64,000 bases of DNA from Lama guanicoe (GCA_013239625.1 MU053487.1:2749058-2813057), one strand, 5' to 3'. Numbered from the stretch's first letter, positions 1 through 12,184 are shown. The notes: generated from the letters alone by a model not told the origin. Numbers and translations are program-made.

Positions 1-67
1 TAAACATTACGTGATGAATGTACTTAAAGGACCTTGCATGGAATTTGCCACACAGCTGGCACTCAGC

Positions 68-88
68 ATTATTATTATTATTATTATT
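68..88. repeat. (ATT)n microsatellite at the tail of a probable MIR fragment (1-88)
   Basis: attattattattattattatt seen directly, preceded by MIR-like 3' sequence. Confidence 0.8.
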
Positions 89-911
89 TGATTGGGCCAT
101 ACATAATTACCCATATTCTAGCATTCTTGACTTATAAAAAAACAATTACGTATAGTTCAACCTATTATTATTAGCCAGTGGCTTTCTGATGATAGCAAAA
201 ATAGTCTGTGGTTGGGAGATAAAGTGTCATTCTGTTACTGTGTTGTTAGGGCCAGTGAGAGAGACTAACAGCTGCTTCTGTGTACTTCTGGGTTGTAGCT
301 AGAGAAGTGCCCCACACATCCACTGCAGCTTGGCCCCGAGCCCAAGAGTCCATGCCCCTGAGATGCTTTTCAGTGGGGCTGGGCTCTGTGTCCTGCCAGG
401 ACTCGTGCTGGGACCTGCCCAGACCAACTGCCCTAAGATCTCGGGTGAAGGCCATTTATAAAGTGTTTCTTGCTCCTGTGAAGCCAACAAGCCGCCCTCC
501 CCTCTGGGTCTTCACTTACACTGGCTCACGAGCACCCTTGAGGGTGTGAGCCGTCATGTCAAACACTGCTCACCCTTCAAATGCCTGTGCTTGGAGTCTC
601 TACATTTTTGCAGACGGAGGCATCTTCCCCTGGGCTTCCTCATACCGAGTCTCTTCTACAAACAATTTCCTTCAGGGATCTTAACAACTTCTTGCTTTGC
701 CCTAGAGGTTACCACTTGCTGTGGGGCTACCAGGGGTCTCGGCTGCAAGGTAGGGCCACACAGAGCCTGCAGGCCTTTGCAGAGTGCAGTCAGGAAACAG
801 CAGCAGTGGGGTGCAGGCCAGAGGCAGGGCTGTTTCTGTGGTGGCCTCAGAGGGTTAACTGGAAAGAGCAGAGCTGCCCAAGGCTGTTGGTCCTGCTACT
901 TCCTGATGACC

Positions 912-1100
912 TAGGGTTGCCAGATGTAGCAAGTGAAAATACAGGATTCCCAGTTAAAACTGAATTTCAGATAAACAGCAGCAAAAATTTTTTTAAGTAT
1001 AAGTATGTCCCAAACAATGCATGGGATATACTTACAGTAAAAAAAAATTTTATTTTTTAAAATTGTTATTGGTCTGAAATTCAGATTTAACCAGGCATCC
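912..1100. mobile_element. MER53 hAT-type MITE (palindromic non-autonomous DNA transposon), right end missing
   Basis: Starts tagggttgccagat...aaatacagga.cccagttaaa..tgaatttcagataaaca; central arms taagtatgtccca / tgggatatactta; ends ctgaaattcagatttaaccaggcatcc. Matches recalled MER53 consensus. Confidence 0.85.
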
Positions 1101-2504
1101 AGATGGAAGATTCAACCTGACCAATATCCTTCCATCACACAAGTGGTACTTCTTCCATCAGTCAAAACACGTCTGACAAGAAGAGAGATTGAGATGGTGG
1201 TCAGAAGAATTTGGAGGATGAGGGCAAGGCTCAGAAGCACAGAGCGAGCACACACTTTTATGTGATTATTTGGGTCATTTTAGGGGAGAGCAAGAAAGCA
1301 GGCCTTCAGTGAACTTGGACCTAGAAAAACTGGGGTATAGTTGTGTTCTGCCCATTTTCTCACGCAAGAATACAAGATGTAGTGGGATCCACCAGGAAGG
1401 CACAAGCCTCTGATGCCTTTATGGTTCAGGAGACGCTCAAGAGGGCTGATGATGTGTGGCCATGTGGGAAGTCTTCTCCTACCAGGCCTTCCTTCTCTTG
1501 GTCCTAGCCGAAGACCCTGGCCAGTGGCAGAGGGACCCAGTGAAGGTGAACGCTAATGGCCCAGATGGCCAGGCCTGTGGTTTCTCCAGTTGTGGGAAAA
1601 CAGCTGTGAGGGCAGTGGCTCCTGTGGGGCCAAGACAGGCAGCAGGGCCAGGGGGAGGAAGCGGCTGCCCGGCTCCCTCCCGGAAAGGGGCTGGGGGCTG
1701 GGGCTGGTCCTCAGGGCAGCAGGGCGTGAGAGCACCGTGCAGCCTTCTCAACAGGGCTTTATGGAAGTGAAGGACGATAAATAAAAGCGTTCTCGCTTAT
1801 CACACACCATATGGCGAGCAGACGTGGAGGCAGGCGCTAGGGGCCGGGCCTGTTTTGTTTAGGCTATCTTTAGGTTATTTTTTCCTTTTGTCTTTAAGCC
1901 TATTCCAGTGTTTTTCTCCCCCTTTCCTGCTTTTCCTAAGAAGTTTTCATCCCATATATGGTGATAATATCCCCATCGTAGAAGACTGCTTGGGCTGCAC
2001 CTGCCTCTCAGGCTGGCTGCGTGATCTCATGTTTTGTTCCATTCACGGCCCTGGTGGGGCCTCCAGGAGGTACCGGGATTTGTGATAAGCTCCCTCCTCC
2101 TGGGGGTGCGGGTCAGTTCTGGAGGCCTCACTTGGTCAGCACAGCTGCCGCAGTTCCAGCTGCCTCTTTGGCCTCTCTGCCTCAGGCCACAAGCCCCAGC
2201 TGACCTCCACTCCTCCCTGGAACTATCCCAGTTTGGAGGATGCACCCCCTTCTCCTAGCAGAGTGGCCTGGAGACCTCTTGCAGATCCCCATGGCCCCGG
2301 TTTCCAGGCTCTCTGCGACGTGGCCTCAGTTTACCTGTCTGGCCTCACTTTCTGCATCACATCACCTGTGGCCTGGGCTCTTGTCAAGGTGAACTGACCC
2401 CTTTGCTCCTCGAACAGGCCCCCCTCGCTTCCCAGCCTTGGTTCTTGGGCTCACCCAGCATCCCTGACACTTCAGTTACCAGAGGCCCAGTTTTTGTCAT
2501 ATCC

Positions 2505-2988
2505 ACGTCCAGTGTACTACCTGCATTGTTTTTGCAATTTTTGGTCCAAAACATGCACCTCCTATGGTATTTTGTTTCCTATTTTTACTTTAAATCGGCG
2601 TTTTGCCTCCAGTAAATTAATTTAAGGTGGAAACTTTGTATATTCCAGCCAGCCCAACACCAATTACTGCCTGCCAAAGGAGAAAGCAACTGTAAAAAGA
2701 AATGTATGGAAGACAACACTATCACTGAATTCTAACTAGGTTTCATTATTTGCTGAAGTCTCTGCAGAAGGGGCCTGCTCTTCCTGTGTGTTGGAAGGGG
2801 CGGTTACAGGGTGCTGGGGTTGTATTAAGGACATACTGGCACCACGCTGAACTTTCTCCCTGATGCAGTCAGAGGGGCTAAAGGGGTATTGACCGGGGAA
2901 TAGCTTGCTACATGTGTGGGTCCCTTTACAGGGCCTTGCCCATGTGTGATGGGAAAGCATGCTGTGAGCCCGGTCTGGGAAGCCCTTC
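2505..2988. mobile_element. Degenerate hAT-Charlie-like DNA transposon relic
   Basis: gaattctaactag...ggcctgctct...attaaggacatactggcacca..ctgaactttctcc.tgatg resembles a recalled Charlie-family consensus; highly diverged. Confidence 0.35.
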
Positions 2989-4610
2989 GCCCTGGCTGTG
3001 CCCTGCTTTGATTGGCTGTGCCTCACCCCTCCTGCCTGCCACAGGCCTGACTGTTCTTGAAGGCTCAGTTAGTCTGAAGATCAAACATCCTCAGCCAGCC
3101 GCTTGGCCCTGGGGAGGCTGCCATCAGCTCTGTTTTCTGCTCAGAGCTTATTACGTGCTTCCTGACTTCTGCTTCAGGAATGACAGGCACAAAATAAATG
3201 CTTCTCAATCCAACCTTGTCACAGGGACTAACCGAGTCAGCTGGAGTGTAGGAGCATCTGATCGGGGTTGGGCCTGTCACCCCTCCTGGACCTCCGGCTG
3301 GGACGTGATGGGATGATGGAGTTTTGGCTGCACGGCCGTGCCCCCTTGTTACTCCGTCGTTGTCTGGTGTCTGTGTTTACCTGGATGGTAGCTGCTCCAG
3401 CTGCAAGTCCTGCACGACATCTTGAGAGCCGATTCCCTGTGAGGCCAGGTGCTTGAGCATGACGGCCAAGCGAGGGCCTTCAGGAGCCAGGGAAGCGGGA
3501 GATGGTGGTGTGCCCACCCAGGGGCGGAGGAGAAGCCCAGGTGAGACCAAGCAGGGAGTCAGCTGCCAACTCCCAGCTGTGAGGATCCAAGACCCCTCAG
3601 GAGGCCCCCAGAAAACCTTCCATGAGCGAAACCACGAGTCAGACGCTGTCAAGGGAGCCAGTAACGGCATTAATGTAAAAAAGAAAAAACAAAAACAAAA
3701 AACCACTCCAGACTAGACAAGGGGATATAAAGACACACTGGCTTTTCTGAGTAGCGGCAAAGGTCCTTTCATTTGGCCAGAGGACTTTTCAAGGGACTTG
3801 GAAGCTGAAGCTACTGTGGGTCCTGGCCTGGCAAAGGGCGGGCATCACACGGGCCACCGGGCGGCCTTGGGGGTCCCGCTGTGGGCTCTGCCCCGGTATT
3901 TCAGCTTTTTACCACTTTTCACGCCCCCCAAAAATGTCTGAGGCCCAGCTCCAGCCACAGAACAGGCTGTGCGTTTGCCAAGTATTTGGACCCATTGAAC
4001 GCCAGTTTTCAGAGATGTTTGATTTTCTTGTTTAAGAAACAGTTAAGGAAAAAGAAAGAAAAGAAACAGTTAAGGAAGGAAGATTAAGTTGGACTGTCTA
4101 AGTCCTCTGTGTAAGGAAGAGGAGAAAGGGAAACAGCAGAGCTTTCTTCCTCCTCTGCAGAGTAAGATGCTAAATCTCTTGATAAAATCTCTCATTGATC
4201 ATCTTGGTAAATCAAAGAGATAGCCCCCCCCCAAAGTTATAAAGTTTCGGAAAAAGGGATACATAGACCTTAGATGTAGGAAGTCATCTTCAAAGTCATC
4301 TTTACAGTTACTTCCCTTAAACTGAGTTTGCCTGTGACTGTTGATGCTCTTACAACACCAGTACTGTTTTCAGGTCACACATGATGATGTGTTCTGTGTT
4401 ACTAGTTTCGTCTTTATGTTTGAGATGTGGTTATGAAGGATTACAAAGATTTCCCCTCCCTCTCAAACCTAGAACTTACATATTCATTTACAAGAGCGAC
4501 TCCCTTCAAAGTAATCATCTTTTTTGGTAGTTTTTATTTTGGAATCTCCTTTAGGGTTGATTGATTTCTTTTTTTTTTTCTTTCTTTCTTTCTTCAGGAT
4601 TTATTATTCC

Positions 4611-5245
4611 CTTTTTTAAGAAGTTGAGATAACATTGAGATATAACATGGTAGTAGTTTCAGGTGTGCAACATAATGATTTGATATATGGATATACAGCA
4701 CAAAATGATCACCGTAATAAGTCCAGTTAACATCTGTCAATGCACGTAGTATTTTTCTCATGATGAGAACTTTTAAGATCTGTCTTAGCAGTTTCCAAAT
4801 ACACAACACAATATTATTAAGGATAGTCACCATGTTATGCATTATTTATTTATGACTTACTTATTTTATGAGTGAAACTTTTGTCTGACTTTACCCATTT
4901 CGCCTACCTTCCACCTCTGGCAGTTCACCAATTGGTTCTATCTGTGATCTGGGTTTTGGCTTTTTTTTTTCTAGATTCCATATAGAAGTGAGATCATGTT
5001 CACTTAGTATAACACTCTAAGGGTCTATCCATGTTATCGCAAATGACAGGATTTCCTTCTTTTTATGGCCAAATAATATCCCATTGTGTATATACACATT
5101 TTCTTTATCCATTCATCCATTGATGGACACTTCGGCTGTTTCCGTGTCTTGCTATCATCAGTAATGCTTTAGTGAACTAGGGGATGCAGAAATCTTTTTG
5201 AGTTAGAAATGGGATTACTGGGTCAGATGGTAGTTCTGTTTTTAA
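4611..5245 (-). mobile_element. LINE-1 3' fragment (L1MA9-like 3'UTR plus end of ORF2)
   Basis: T-rich tail at left, then ttgagatataaca..gtttcaggtgtgcaacataatgatttgata..tagattccatatagaagtgagatcat..ccattgatggacactt.ggctgtttcc. Confidence 0.85.
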
Positions 5246-5429
5246 ATATTCACTTTTAATTATGGCAAACTTCTGAAGTTAATTTGAATTTTGGGAGCAG
5301 CCAGATTTCTCTGTGATCTTTAGGGAAAAAGTGAGGTATGGAAATACAAAAACTAGTTAAGAATTTAGTCATTAGATCCCCTTTGAGAATGATTTCTAAT
5401 TGAAAGAAGAATTCTCACAATATTTGGGA

Positions 5430-5665
5430 TGATAATGATGGACGCAGCAAACACTAAACGTTTATTCAGTATGTGCCAGTCACTTTCAGTGACTGCCTTT
5501 CATCTTCATTTCCTCCTCAGGTTTACAGGGGAGGTAGTTACTATTTTAATCCTCATTTTACGGTCTAGAAGACAAGGCAGTGTTTGCCCAGTACAGCTGA
5601 CAAGTAGCAGAGGTGGGATTTGACCCCAGCAAGCCTGGGTCCCAAGGCTAGGCTCTTAACCACCA
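5430..5665 (-). mobile_element. MIR SINE
   Basis: MIR core atcctcattttac...ttgcccag...gcagaggtgggatttgaccccag...gctcttaaccac. Confidence 0.75.
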
Positions 5666-5855
5666 GATGGTAACACCACTCACCGGCCAGCCAGCACTTG
5701 TGTGCCAGGTACCCTTCCAATGGATGAAGAGGGTTCTCCATGGATGAAGAGGGTGAGTAACCTGCCCAAGGTTGCAAAACTCATGAAAAGCTTTACTGGG
5801 TTGAGTGAGCGTGTGTCCTCCAGAGGTAGTGACTTTTGATGAGTACGTTCTGAAG

Positions 5856-6397
5856 CAGTGGTGTGCTGGTGATGTGTAACAACCAGCTCTCTGGGGAGAA
5901 AACCTGATTTACCGCATTTTTCCAGTTCCCCTGGTGTAAACATTCCCACCATGGCTGATTGCAGGCTACCCACATGACATCACAGAATATGGCCTTAGGA
6001 AGAAGTGTGCAGTAGCACACTTACATAGCATCTCCACCCTGCATTAGAGATTACAATAGATCTAAATAACCACAAGAACACAGATGATGGAAAAGTATAA
6101 TAAAACAATTAGGGGGGAGCGTATAGCTCAGTGGTAGAGTACATGCTTAGCATGCATGAGGTCCTGGGTTCAATTCTCAGTACTTCCATTTAAAAAATAA
6201 AAATAAAATAAATAAAATCATTAGGGAGTGATGAGTTTTGAGTGTTTATCTGTCTGATACCATTTATTTGATTGCAAGTGTATGCAGCGTAGCTTTACTA
6301 ATGGCTCTGTGTAACCTCTGGCTCACAGACTTTCTGAAAATTTACCAGTTGTCTCTTGCAAGCCAGCTACAGAGATTTCCAAGGGCTGTAACCACTG
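5856..6397. mobile_element. MER63 (hAT-Blackjack) DNA transposon, interrupted by a SINE
   Basis: Termini cagtggtgtgctgg...accactg; internal ggtgtaaacattcccaccatggctgatt and gtgatgagttttgagt resemble recalled MER63B. Confidence 0.75.
6114..6212 (+). mobile_element. tRNA-Ala(AGC)-derived SINE, camelid Vic-1 type
   Basis: ggggagcgtatagctcagtggtagag..tgcttagcatgcatgaggtcctgggttcaatt..cagtacttcca with Pol III A and B boxes; A-rich tail; imperfect TSD taaaacaattagg (6101-6113) / taaaatcattagg (6213-6225). Confidence 0.9.
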
Positions 6398-7802
6398 TCT
6401 CTGTTGCGTTTCTTAGTCATTTGGCCACGTCGGTAAAGTCATGCCTTGCACACAGATGTTTGATTATCAGAGTCTTTCTTCTCATTTCCTGTGGCTTTGC
6501 AAATTGACAGATAATAGGAAAGTAAATTTGTAGGGTCGGTTTAACTGCCACCCCACAATGTTTACATTTGTCCATTTGCTTCAGAGGCACTCTGTATTTT
6601 GCCTCAAATTATTAGTTCGATTAATAGTTTCCATTGCAAATAATGGAAAAGATTTTATTTAAATAGCTCAAGCTCACCACCCCACCCCCCGGCAATAAAT
6701 ACTCATTGAACATATTTTCTTCTGCAAACCCCCTGGACACTCAAGTGTGTGGAGGAGCTGATGGTTGAGTTTGCTGGAGGAGGGAAGGGGCCTGGTGAAG
6801 AGGGGACCCTGATCTCCTCCAAGACTGAACCCTGGGAACCTCTGCCCTCTTGAGATTGAAGCCGGCCCCACTGTCTACATGCAGGGGGATGGCAGCTCCT
6901 TGAGACCACCTTTGGTTTTCTTGCCGAGCGACTTGATCGGGGGGCCCCAGCCTGGTCCTGCCCTTTCTCACTAACTCCTCTAACCAGGAACAGCTTATCA
7001 AGGGGGCCCGTGTTACACTGTCACTCTTCCTTGGCTTCTCCCTCCTTCCCAGGGCTGCTGTCCCCAGTTGTTTGGAGAACCCTCTGGCCTTTTATAGTAA
7101 GTGGTTCAGAGAGCAACAGGCCTGGAAGCCACCCTCTGTGAAGTAGCTGGTCCCTCAGTCTACCTGTCTTGTCCAGGTCACACCGCCCTGCTGCCTCCCT
7201 TTTCCCAAGGAGAGCATTTGTCTGACACACACCCAGCTCCAGGTGGAAGGGACCATGGTGGCCTCCGAATGAAGGTGGACGAGCTGAGTGCACGCAGCCA
7301 CCATGTTTCCCTGCAGAGGTGGTGGCCGTGGTGCCAGCACGCTGGGCATCCAGTGCTGTCTCCACTGCGGGCTGCAGTGGGTGGCAGAAAGTGGTCCAAG
7401 TCCAGACTGATAATGAAAGTGTTGTGTTTGCATGGGAACGGCAGGAGGGGGAAGTGGAGGGCAGCACCCTTTGTGCTGTGTATCATGTTGAGATGGGACT
7501 TGGGTAAAAACAACGGCTCGAGGGTGATGACTGTACCTGGGAAAGGGTGGCAGTTGGGGGGTCTGTCCAGAGACTTTATTTTCAGAGGAAAGCTTCCAAG
7601 CCAGCTAAGTAGTGAAGGAGGTGATTATAATTATAGGGTCACCGCTTCTGTCCTCTGTTCCCTAGAGCAGAGGCGGGTTTTGGCTCCTGGGAAGGTGATA
7701 AATTGGGTCATCACTATCATTTCCAGTGCCATGGTGTGTGCACGGAGTTCCCAGTGCCCACCACCATCTGCGAATGCAACATAGTGCCCTTGGCTTTCAG
7801 AG

Positions 7803-8632
7803 GTGTCTGTTAGGAATTGCATTCAGCTGCCAGGAATCGGGACCTGACTACAGGGGCTTCGGCACATCAAGATGACCTTTCCTCATGCAGTAAGACTTCT
7901 GGAGAGAGAGAAGTTTCTGGTGTTATTTCAGTGGCCCAAGGATGCAATTCCCTCGACCTCTCGCTTATTCAGGAACTGGGACTGAGCGCCTCCTGTGTCC
8001 TAGGCTGAGTGGGCCCTCAGCTCAGTGAACAGGCTAGAGTCCCTTCCCTCTGGGAGCTCACTCACCAGTGGAGGGAGACACACAGGAGGCAGAGCAAGAG
8101 TAGACGGGGAGGAGGCTGCAGGAGGAAGAAGACACACAGAGAAGGGGAGCAGGTCAGGAGCACAGGCCTGGGGCAGGGCGGCCTCATGGAGGAGGGAGAT
8201 TTGAGCAGACAGAAAGGGGGCGGGAGTTAGCAGAGTGGATTCCCAGAGGAAGTGTTCAGACAGGGTGAAGTGGAGATACTTAAAGAAGAGTCTGTGGTTT
8301 GAGTAGTGGTCTGGGTTAGAAGTATAAATTTGGGAATCATCAGAAGATAGATTGTGTTTAAAGCCATGAGATTTGATGAGATCACCAAGGCAGTGAGAGA
8401 GAGGAAGGGAAGAGAAGGGGACCGTGGCTACCCAACACCAAGCACATTTTTCCTCGTGATTCCGAGATGGCTGCTGAGTTCCAGCCACTGTGTCTCCTTT
8501 CTATGCAGGAAGAAGGGAGAAGGGCAAGAGGATTTTGCCGTCTGATCTGAGGTCCTTCTAAAGAGCCTCCAATGACTTCTAACAGCTCACTGACCATCCA
8601 TATCTGAAGGGAGGTAGGGGAATGTTAGTTTC
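7803..8632 (-). mobile_element. Old MaLR LTR (MLT1J/K-like) in two pieces, 7803-7950 and 8440-8632
   Basis: gttaggaattgcattcagctg..., then agatggctgctgagttccagcca..caggaagaaggg..gggaatgttagttt. Confidence 0.55.
7964..8430 (-). mobile_element. LINE-2 fragments including a decayed RT domain
   Basis: ORF 8000..8488(-) contains LGDLIKSHGFKHNLSSDDSQIY, matching the L2 RT YADD region; L2 3'-end sequence at 7964-8220. Confidence 0.8.
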
Positions 8633-8666
8633 ACCTGGACGCTACAAACCCTAACAGTATAGAGCT

Positions 8667-8853
8667 CTGCTGTCCCCTAGAACTTTCTGTGATGTTGTTC
8701 TGCACTACCCCGAATGGTAGCCACTAACCACACATGACTATTGAGAACTTGAAATGTGGCGAGTGCCGCCGAGGAACTTTGACTTGAATTTTAATTGAAG
8801 CTTAAATGTAAATAACCATGTGGGGCTAGCAGCTACCATTTTGAACAGCACAG
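8667..8853. mobile_element. MER3 (hAT-Charlie)
   Basis: ctgctgtcc..tagaactttctgtgatg..ggtagccactaaccac..ttgaaatgtggc..gctaccattttgaacagcacag. Confidence 0.85.
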
Positions 8854-9954
8854 ATATTAAAGTTTGATTATTTAAGGTGGAGGAGGGATGGAAACTGGGT
8901 GGGCAACTCGCAGATCCTGCTACAGTAGAACACAGAGTCTTCAGAGGACGTTGGTCTCACAAATCAAACCGCACAAGCCAAGTGGAAACATAAATAACTG
9001 GGCTGAGGTCAAACTGACTGTTTCACTTTGCACTTACGTTGATTAAAACCTGACTACTTTCAAGAATGCCATAGACCATGGTTTCTCTCCCTCCCTCTCT
9101 CTCCCCCCACCCCACCCAGGGTTCTTTTGGAGCACACAGGTGTGTGCATGTGCACACACACACACACCTGCATCCACATACTTGGGTCTGTGGGCTGCAG
9201 TAGTGGGGGGCAGGGGAGCAGTATTAGAATTGAGAAAGTTGGATGGTCCCCTCTGAGTTGATCATTTAAGGAATGTCACCACCTTGTGTTTCTCTGTGGC
9301 ATGAAACTCTATGAAAGGTGGCAGGACAGAGGATGGAGACGGACTTGCTGGGCCAGGAGGGAGGAGGGCATTTTAAGGTTTGAGACATTATGGAATTGCC
9401 TTTTAGGATGTAAAGGCCCTTCCCCGATGCTCTTGCTCATACCAGGTGGAGAGATGGCTTTTCAGCTTGTATTTGGGAAGCACGTGAAGTCTGCTCTTCC
9501 GCTTGCTTGGCTGGGCAGGGCAGGGCAGGGCAGGTCTGGTCTGTCTGTGGTCTTAGGCAGGTGCTTCACCTGGATTGTGAAGCTTCTGTTCCCTCAGCTG
9601 CCAACGAGAAGAGGAATACTGACTTCTAGTAGGGGTCCGGTGAACACTGGTCCCCTTTTCCCTTTCCCTAACCCTGGAAATCAGTTACTCTCCCTGGCTG
9701 TCTCTGTGTTTGAAATGGGTCAAGACTTGTTTCATAGGTGTTTGGGGAATTTTAAAAAAAACATTGTTTGAAACAGATGGTGAAAAGAAAATGGAAAATG
9801 CGGGGCAAACAGGAGATACATGTGGGAAGAGAGCAGCCCTCCCAGCCGACATCCTCCGTCTCCACCTGCAGCACTGCCTTATCCTCACGAGCCGGTGTGC
9901 AAAGTTGCCTTCAACTTCAATCGGCCAGCCCAGCCCTAGCCATCCAAGCGGGAA

Positions 9955-10082
9955 GAGCACCCCAGTCACCTGGGGATCTCATTAAATGCAAATCCTGATG
10001 CAGCAGGTCTGGGCTGAATTTCTAACCAGCTCCCTGGTGATGCCAATGTTGTTGGTCCATGGACCACACTCCGAGATGCTAG
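9955..10082. mobile_element. MER5-type DNA transposon fragment
   Basis: tcacctggggatct..ttaaatgcaaatcctga..tttctaaccagctccc.ggtgatgcc.atg..ggaccacact. Confidence 0.7.
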
Positions 10083-11227
10083 GAGCTGGAAGAACTAGGT
10101 CCCAAGAGTTCCAGGTAAAGAGTTAAAGGATAAGAACCATCATGTGGCAGTTTTCCAGGCAGAGCAGTACTCCGAGGGCCAGGTACCTCTCCACTCGCAC
10201 TGGCAGTGAGAGGTCTCCCCACCAGGGCATGAGGCCAGGGTTCTGGTGGTGACACCCTAGCTTCCTGTGACCTTGTGTGACCCGGTGACGCTTGTGAGGC
10301 TTGGTAATAGAGGTCATGGCCCTTATAGGGGGGTTGGTGCAGGCTTCGGTTTCTTCCGCGTTCCCTCACAGCCTGTTGCTTGAAGAACCATGTTGTCAGC
10401 AGTCAACTTGCCTAGCACGACTCTTTCAACCTTTTATTTTGTTGACTTATTTAATAATAGGTAAAGGTGGCAACAAATAGGTCATAAACAGGGTTCAATA
10501 CATTAGTAGAAAACAGCCCTTTGCATTGCAGGTGTATTGTTACTGTCTCCTACATTTGGACTCAACAAGGAAACACTTTTCTCATATTTAGATATATTGA
10601 TGCTCCCTTTTCCCTTAGGAATCTGAGATAGATCTGTTACAGACTCTCTTGGTACAAATGTGAGCCTTTCTGCTTCACTTCGCTGGGGTGTTTTGGGCAT
10701 GACCATGTCAGAAATCTTTCTCTTCCCCCAAAGACTAGAAATTTCTTAAAGTATAAGCTCTTATTAAGCAGAATAATTATAAATGTTTTTTTTCCCATCT
10801 CTTGGGGCAAAGAGAATGAAAAACCAACTTACAGCCCCCTTGTGTGGGTTCTTTCTATAAGCCAGCAGTGGTCACACGCATTTCCTGGGTGGTTACAGCG
10901 AGGTGCCAGCCTCCTGGGTGACCTCTGTGTTCTAGGATGGGGAATTGAATTTGCTGGTTGTAGTGGGTGTGGGTGGCAGGAAAGATCTCTTGCTTATAGT
11001 AAGCCAGGGAAGCCGTGGCACTGAAGAATCCTATTGTTTCCAGGGGGCTTTTGGGGTCTTCTCATAAGACAGGCCTGGCCCGCCCCATGACATTCAAATT
11101 GGAATTATGGTGATTCCAAGGACAGATCTATCCATATGTGTCCCAGAAGTTTTGTATGGAGAGGGTGATGGAAAATTGCTTCTTTTTCTAAATACATTAG
11201 GGCTGTATAAATAAAAAGAATACAGGT

Positions 11228-11500
11228 AGTAACAATAACAGTGATAATTAGCTTTTATTGAGCATTTACTATGTGCTCAGTGTTTTATGTGCACGTTTAG
11301 TTCTTACAAGAACCCAATAACATAACTTATTATGTACATAAAGTCATATGTATCATAATTATATATACACAGATATGAATAAATAAAAACCTGTTTTAGA
11401 ATTGATGACTGAATTGATGACTGATACTTAAAACATTTAATCTACTCAAGATCTCATAGCTGGGCAGCAGCAGAGTCTTGGGTTTGAATCTCATCAGACA
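11228..11500 (-). mobile_element. MIR SINE with AT-rich interruption
   Basis: aataacag..ttattgagcatttactatgtg..aagatctcatagctg..gggtttgaatc. Confidence 0.6.
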
Positions 11501-12184
11501 ACTAAATAGTTCTATGACCTTGAACAAATTATATCCTCTTAGCACCCTGGTCCACCAGAAGTGATGGTTACTGTAATTGTTATTAATAAGTTGATCATAG
11601 GAAGAGAGAGCCCTGGCCCCGGGAGCCAGTCTGGGTACATTGGTGCTTGGTTTCCCATATTGGCTGGAGAACTTGACTCACAGCATCCTTACCTCTTGAT
11701 CGCTGTGGCCAGAGGAAACTCAGGTGTGGCCGATGAGCCCAGAGCAGGGGGGAAGCCGGGGGTGGAGCTTCTCCTTCCTGCTCTTTGGTCTTCCTGGTCT
11801 GTGGCCTCAACTCAAAAAAAAAAAAATCATTTAACCCTCATTTTGAGGAACTAGAAGTCTGGTTCATACATTTGGTGACCCCTGTTTGTGTGGGGTGCAG
11901 GCTGTGCTGAGTGCAGGGAAGTGAAGTTGGAAGAGCCCTGGGCCGGCTCTTGAGAAGCTGAGACCTTGTTTCACACCAGCCTTTGGGGCACCATCTCAGC
12001 CCTCTGTCCTCAGCTTTGCTCTCACCCATGCTTCTCTATTTTCAGTTCACTTCTACATGCGTCACTGACGTGGTGTCCTGTGCCCGGGATAGCCCTGTCT
12101 ACACCTGTGGTCCCAGCACAGTCATTAATCTGTACCCTCTCCCTTGCAAAGCATTGCAGTTTGGATGGGGCATTCTGTATGCCA

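Noticed and set aside
3380..3437. 56-nt minus-strand exon candidate
   Set aside because: Weak polypyrimidine tract and donor (gtaaac); no recognisable peptide
4470..5420. Possible mariner-like (MARNA) relic flanking the L1
   Set aside because: Similarity too weak to support by eye
6114..6188. tRNA-Ala gene
   Set aside because: Stem mismatches, A-rich tail and TSD show it is a SINE
7101..7784. Longest ORF (227 aa) and overlapping ORFs
   Set aside because: Non-ATG start, no recognisable domain, no splice-site framing; expected by chance in GC-rich mammalian DNA
9137..9170. Hairpin caggtgtgtgca...cacacacctg
   Set aside because: Low-complexity TG/CA repeat; trivial self-complementarity
9513..9530. 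(GGGCA)n and other G-quadruplex motifs (e.g. 47378-47410)
   Set aside because: Common in GC-rich mammalian DNA; no supporting context
11399..11424. 12-bp tandem gaattgatgact x2 (similar short tandems near 4281 and 57488)
   Set aside because: Ordinary slippage duplications
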